Part shown: positions 62,531 to 64,000 of the stretch, piece after piece
Position numbering within the stretch: position 1 is the stretch's first letter
How the letters are laid out: each line of letters starts with the position of its first letter
Assembly: GCF_009834535.1 (NCBI RefSeq)
Contig: NC_045717.1
Coordinates: forward strand, 23,560,001-23,624,000
Origin: Camelus ferus
Lineage: Eukaryota
DNA: 64,000 nucleotides
Reading direction: 5' to 3'
The notes under the pieces: generated by a model
The model's input: the letters and a program-made list of their open reading frames with translations, nothing else
Told to the model about the DNA's origin: nothing
Database searches by the model: none
Position numbers and translations under genes: made by a program

Positions 62531-63001
62531 GTTTGGAATTCTCATGAAGAAACTCTTTCCTCTTCTGGAATCCAGTTATGTCTCAATGTTTTAAAACGTA
62601 TCTCCCTACCACTGCCTGCACTGCCTGAATTAAAAACCACAAAGTTAAGATACTGCCCAATATCACAAGATCTGTTTTGTGGGGTACAGAGGGATTAGCT
62701 CTTGAGAGACGTGCAAAACTCTCTCTACGTAAGTTTAAGTGCCACAGACATTTAACAAGGCATGAGATAGTTTCATCTCACCAGTACATTCTGCATAATG
62801 AGAAGTTAGCCACTTTCACAGATCTGGTGATATGGCTGGGTTTCCAATCTCTATGATCCTGGTATGTTCTGGATCGTAAACCTTTAGAACAATGTATACT
62901 ACAGTAAGGTAACTTTTTAAAATTAAAGAATTCAAATTAGAAAAGGTGGAAAACTAGAATGGTTCCAAACCCCCGCTGGTAAGTCTTTCATTTAACAGTA
63001 C

Positions 63002-63029
63002 CTGGCTCCAGGGATGGCTCTTCAATTTC
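63002..63029 (-). CDS. SAFB: Scaffold attachment factor B1, exon 6 (28-nt microexon)
   Basis: ttgcag|EIEEPSLEP|gtactg; upstream exons lie beyond the window. Confidence 0.88.
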
Positions 63030-63131
63030 CTGCAACGAAAAACATAAATAAGATTGTGCCAGATGGATGAAACTCAGAATTTATTTATACCCAAAACTAA
63101 TAACGAAGAAAGGACTTTTAAAAACACAGAC

Positions 63132-63210
63132 TAGGGGGGTGGAAATAGCTCAGGGGTAGAGCACATACTTAGCATGCACAAGGTCCTGGGTTCAATCCCC
63201 AGTCCCTCTA
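63132..63210 (+). mobile_element. Short tailless copy of the same tRNA-derived SINE
   Basis: tRNA-like head only; perfect 14-bp TSD TTAAAAACACAGAC at 63118-63131 and 63211-63224. Confidence 0.82.
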
Positions 63211-64000
63211 TTAAAAACACAGACCAAGAACCTCACAAATGAAACAGATGGAGGACCTGCTTGTTCAGGGGAAGAGCCCACACGGCTGTCATTCCACCTC
63301 ATTCACCGCAGCCCAATCCCACATCCCAGGCTGCTCTCAAGGGGCCTGGTGTGCGTGTTTGCTATTGTTTGCTTTGCTTTTTTTTTCCTAGGGCCTGGCA
63401 ACATTACCACTTTTAATGCTTGTCTGTCCTCTAAACTGAACTCTTAAATGCAAGGAGAGTAATGTTTTCATCTTTCTACTTTTAGTGTCTGTTAGAATGC
63501 CTGACACATATCAGATAATCATTTTCCCACTTAATTAATTAATGTTGCATCAGTTTCTGAAAATTCAAAAGACCAAGGGAAAGAAAGCACAGGCAGCTTG
63601 ACCCCTGTTCTTATTTTGCAGGGTGGAACCACCCCTGCCCACCTGGTCAACTGGGCCCTCTCCCAGATTACACATGCCTCCTCCCTTATCTCTTCCAACC
63701 AGCAACCCACCAGGCTAGCTCTCATTCCTAAATATCCCTCAAACCTTCCCCAGGAAGCTCTGTCAATTTACAGCATTGCTATTCCTCACCTATAGTAGTG
63801 TTCGGTTTCACTATCCCATTCCATTCCCACATCCCTCCCCAAAAGACCCACCTGCATCTCATCCCTGCCGCTGGCCAAGTCCTACACCTCCCTCAGCATT
63901 TAACTCAGGGGCCAGCTCCTCATAGAAAGGCTTCTCCTAATGGCTTCACAGGCTGCCCCACTAAAGGAAGGGACTTTCTCTTAATATGTGGTCCCTGGCC

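Overview
Mammalian genomic DNA, probably a camelid: it carries three copies of a tRNA-Ala-derived SINE resembling camelid Vic-1. Gene order matches human 19p13.3 in reverse: CATSPERD exons 1-7 (minus, 5' part), LONP1 (plus, all 18 exons, 959 aa), RPL36 (minus, 105 aa), HSD11B1L (minus, 287 aa), MICOS13/QIL1 (plus, 118 aa) and SAFB exons 6-21 (minus, 3' part). I traced exons by hand: every visible junction is GT-AG and reading phases are continuous. Three exon ends fall in N gaps (the CATSPERD exon 5 donor and both ends of SAFB exon 7). There are two head-to-head promoters (CATSPERD/LONP1 and HSD11B1L/MICOS13) and a tight tail-to-tail junction (LONP1/RPL36). The rest is ancient LTR, L1 and DNA-transposon debris. 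I found no convincing new gene or system, and the long ORFs in the track are GC-rich shadow or intronic frames. The best leads are regulatory or splicing-level: oppositely oriented GC-box arrays flanking HSD11B1L exon 5, an out-of-frame upstream ATG 11 nt before the LONP1 start, stop-free in-frame introns in LONP1, RPL36 and HSD11B1L, repeated NRF1-like and ZNF143/THAP11-like promoter elements, a Pro at the NADP(H)-binding position of HSD11B1L, and a MER20-borne CTCF-consensus site. Gene identities, exon numbering and repeat families come from recalled orthologue and consensus sequences, not database searches; repeat boundaries are approximate.
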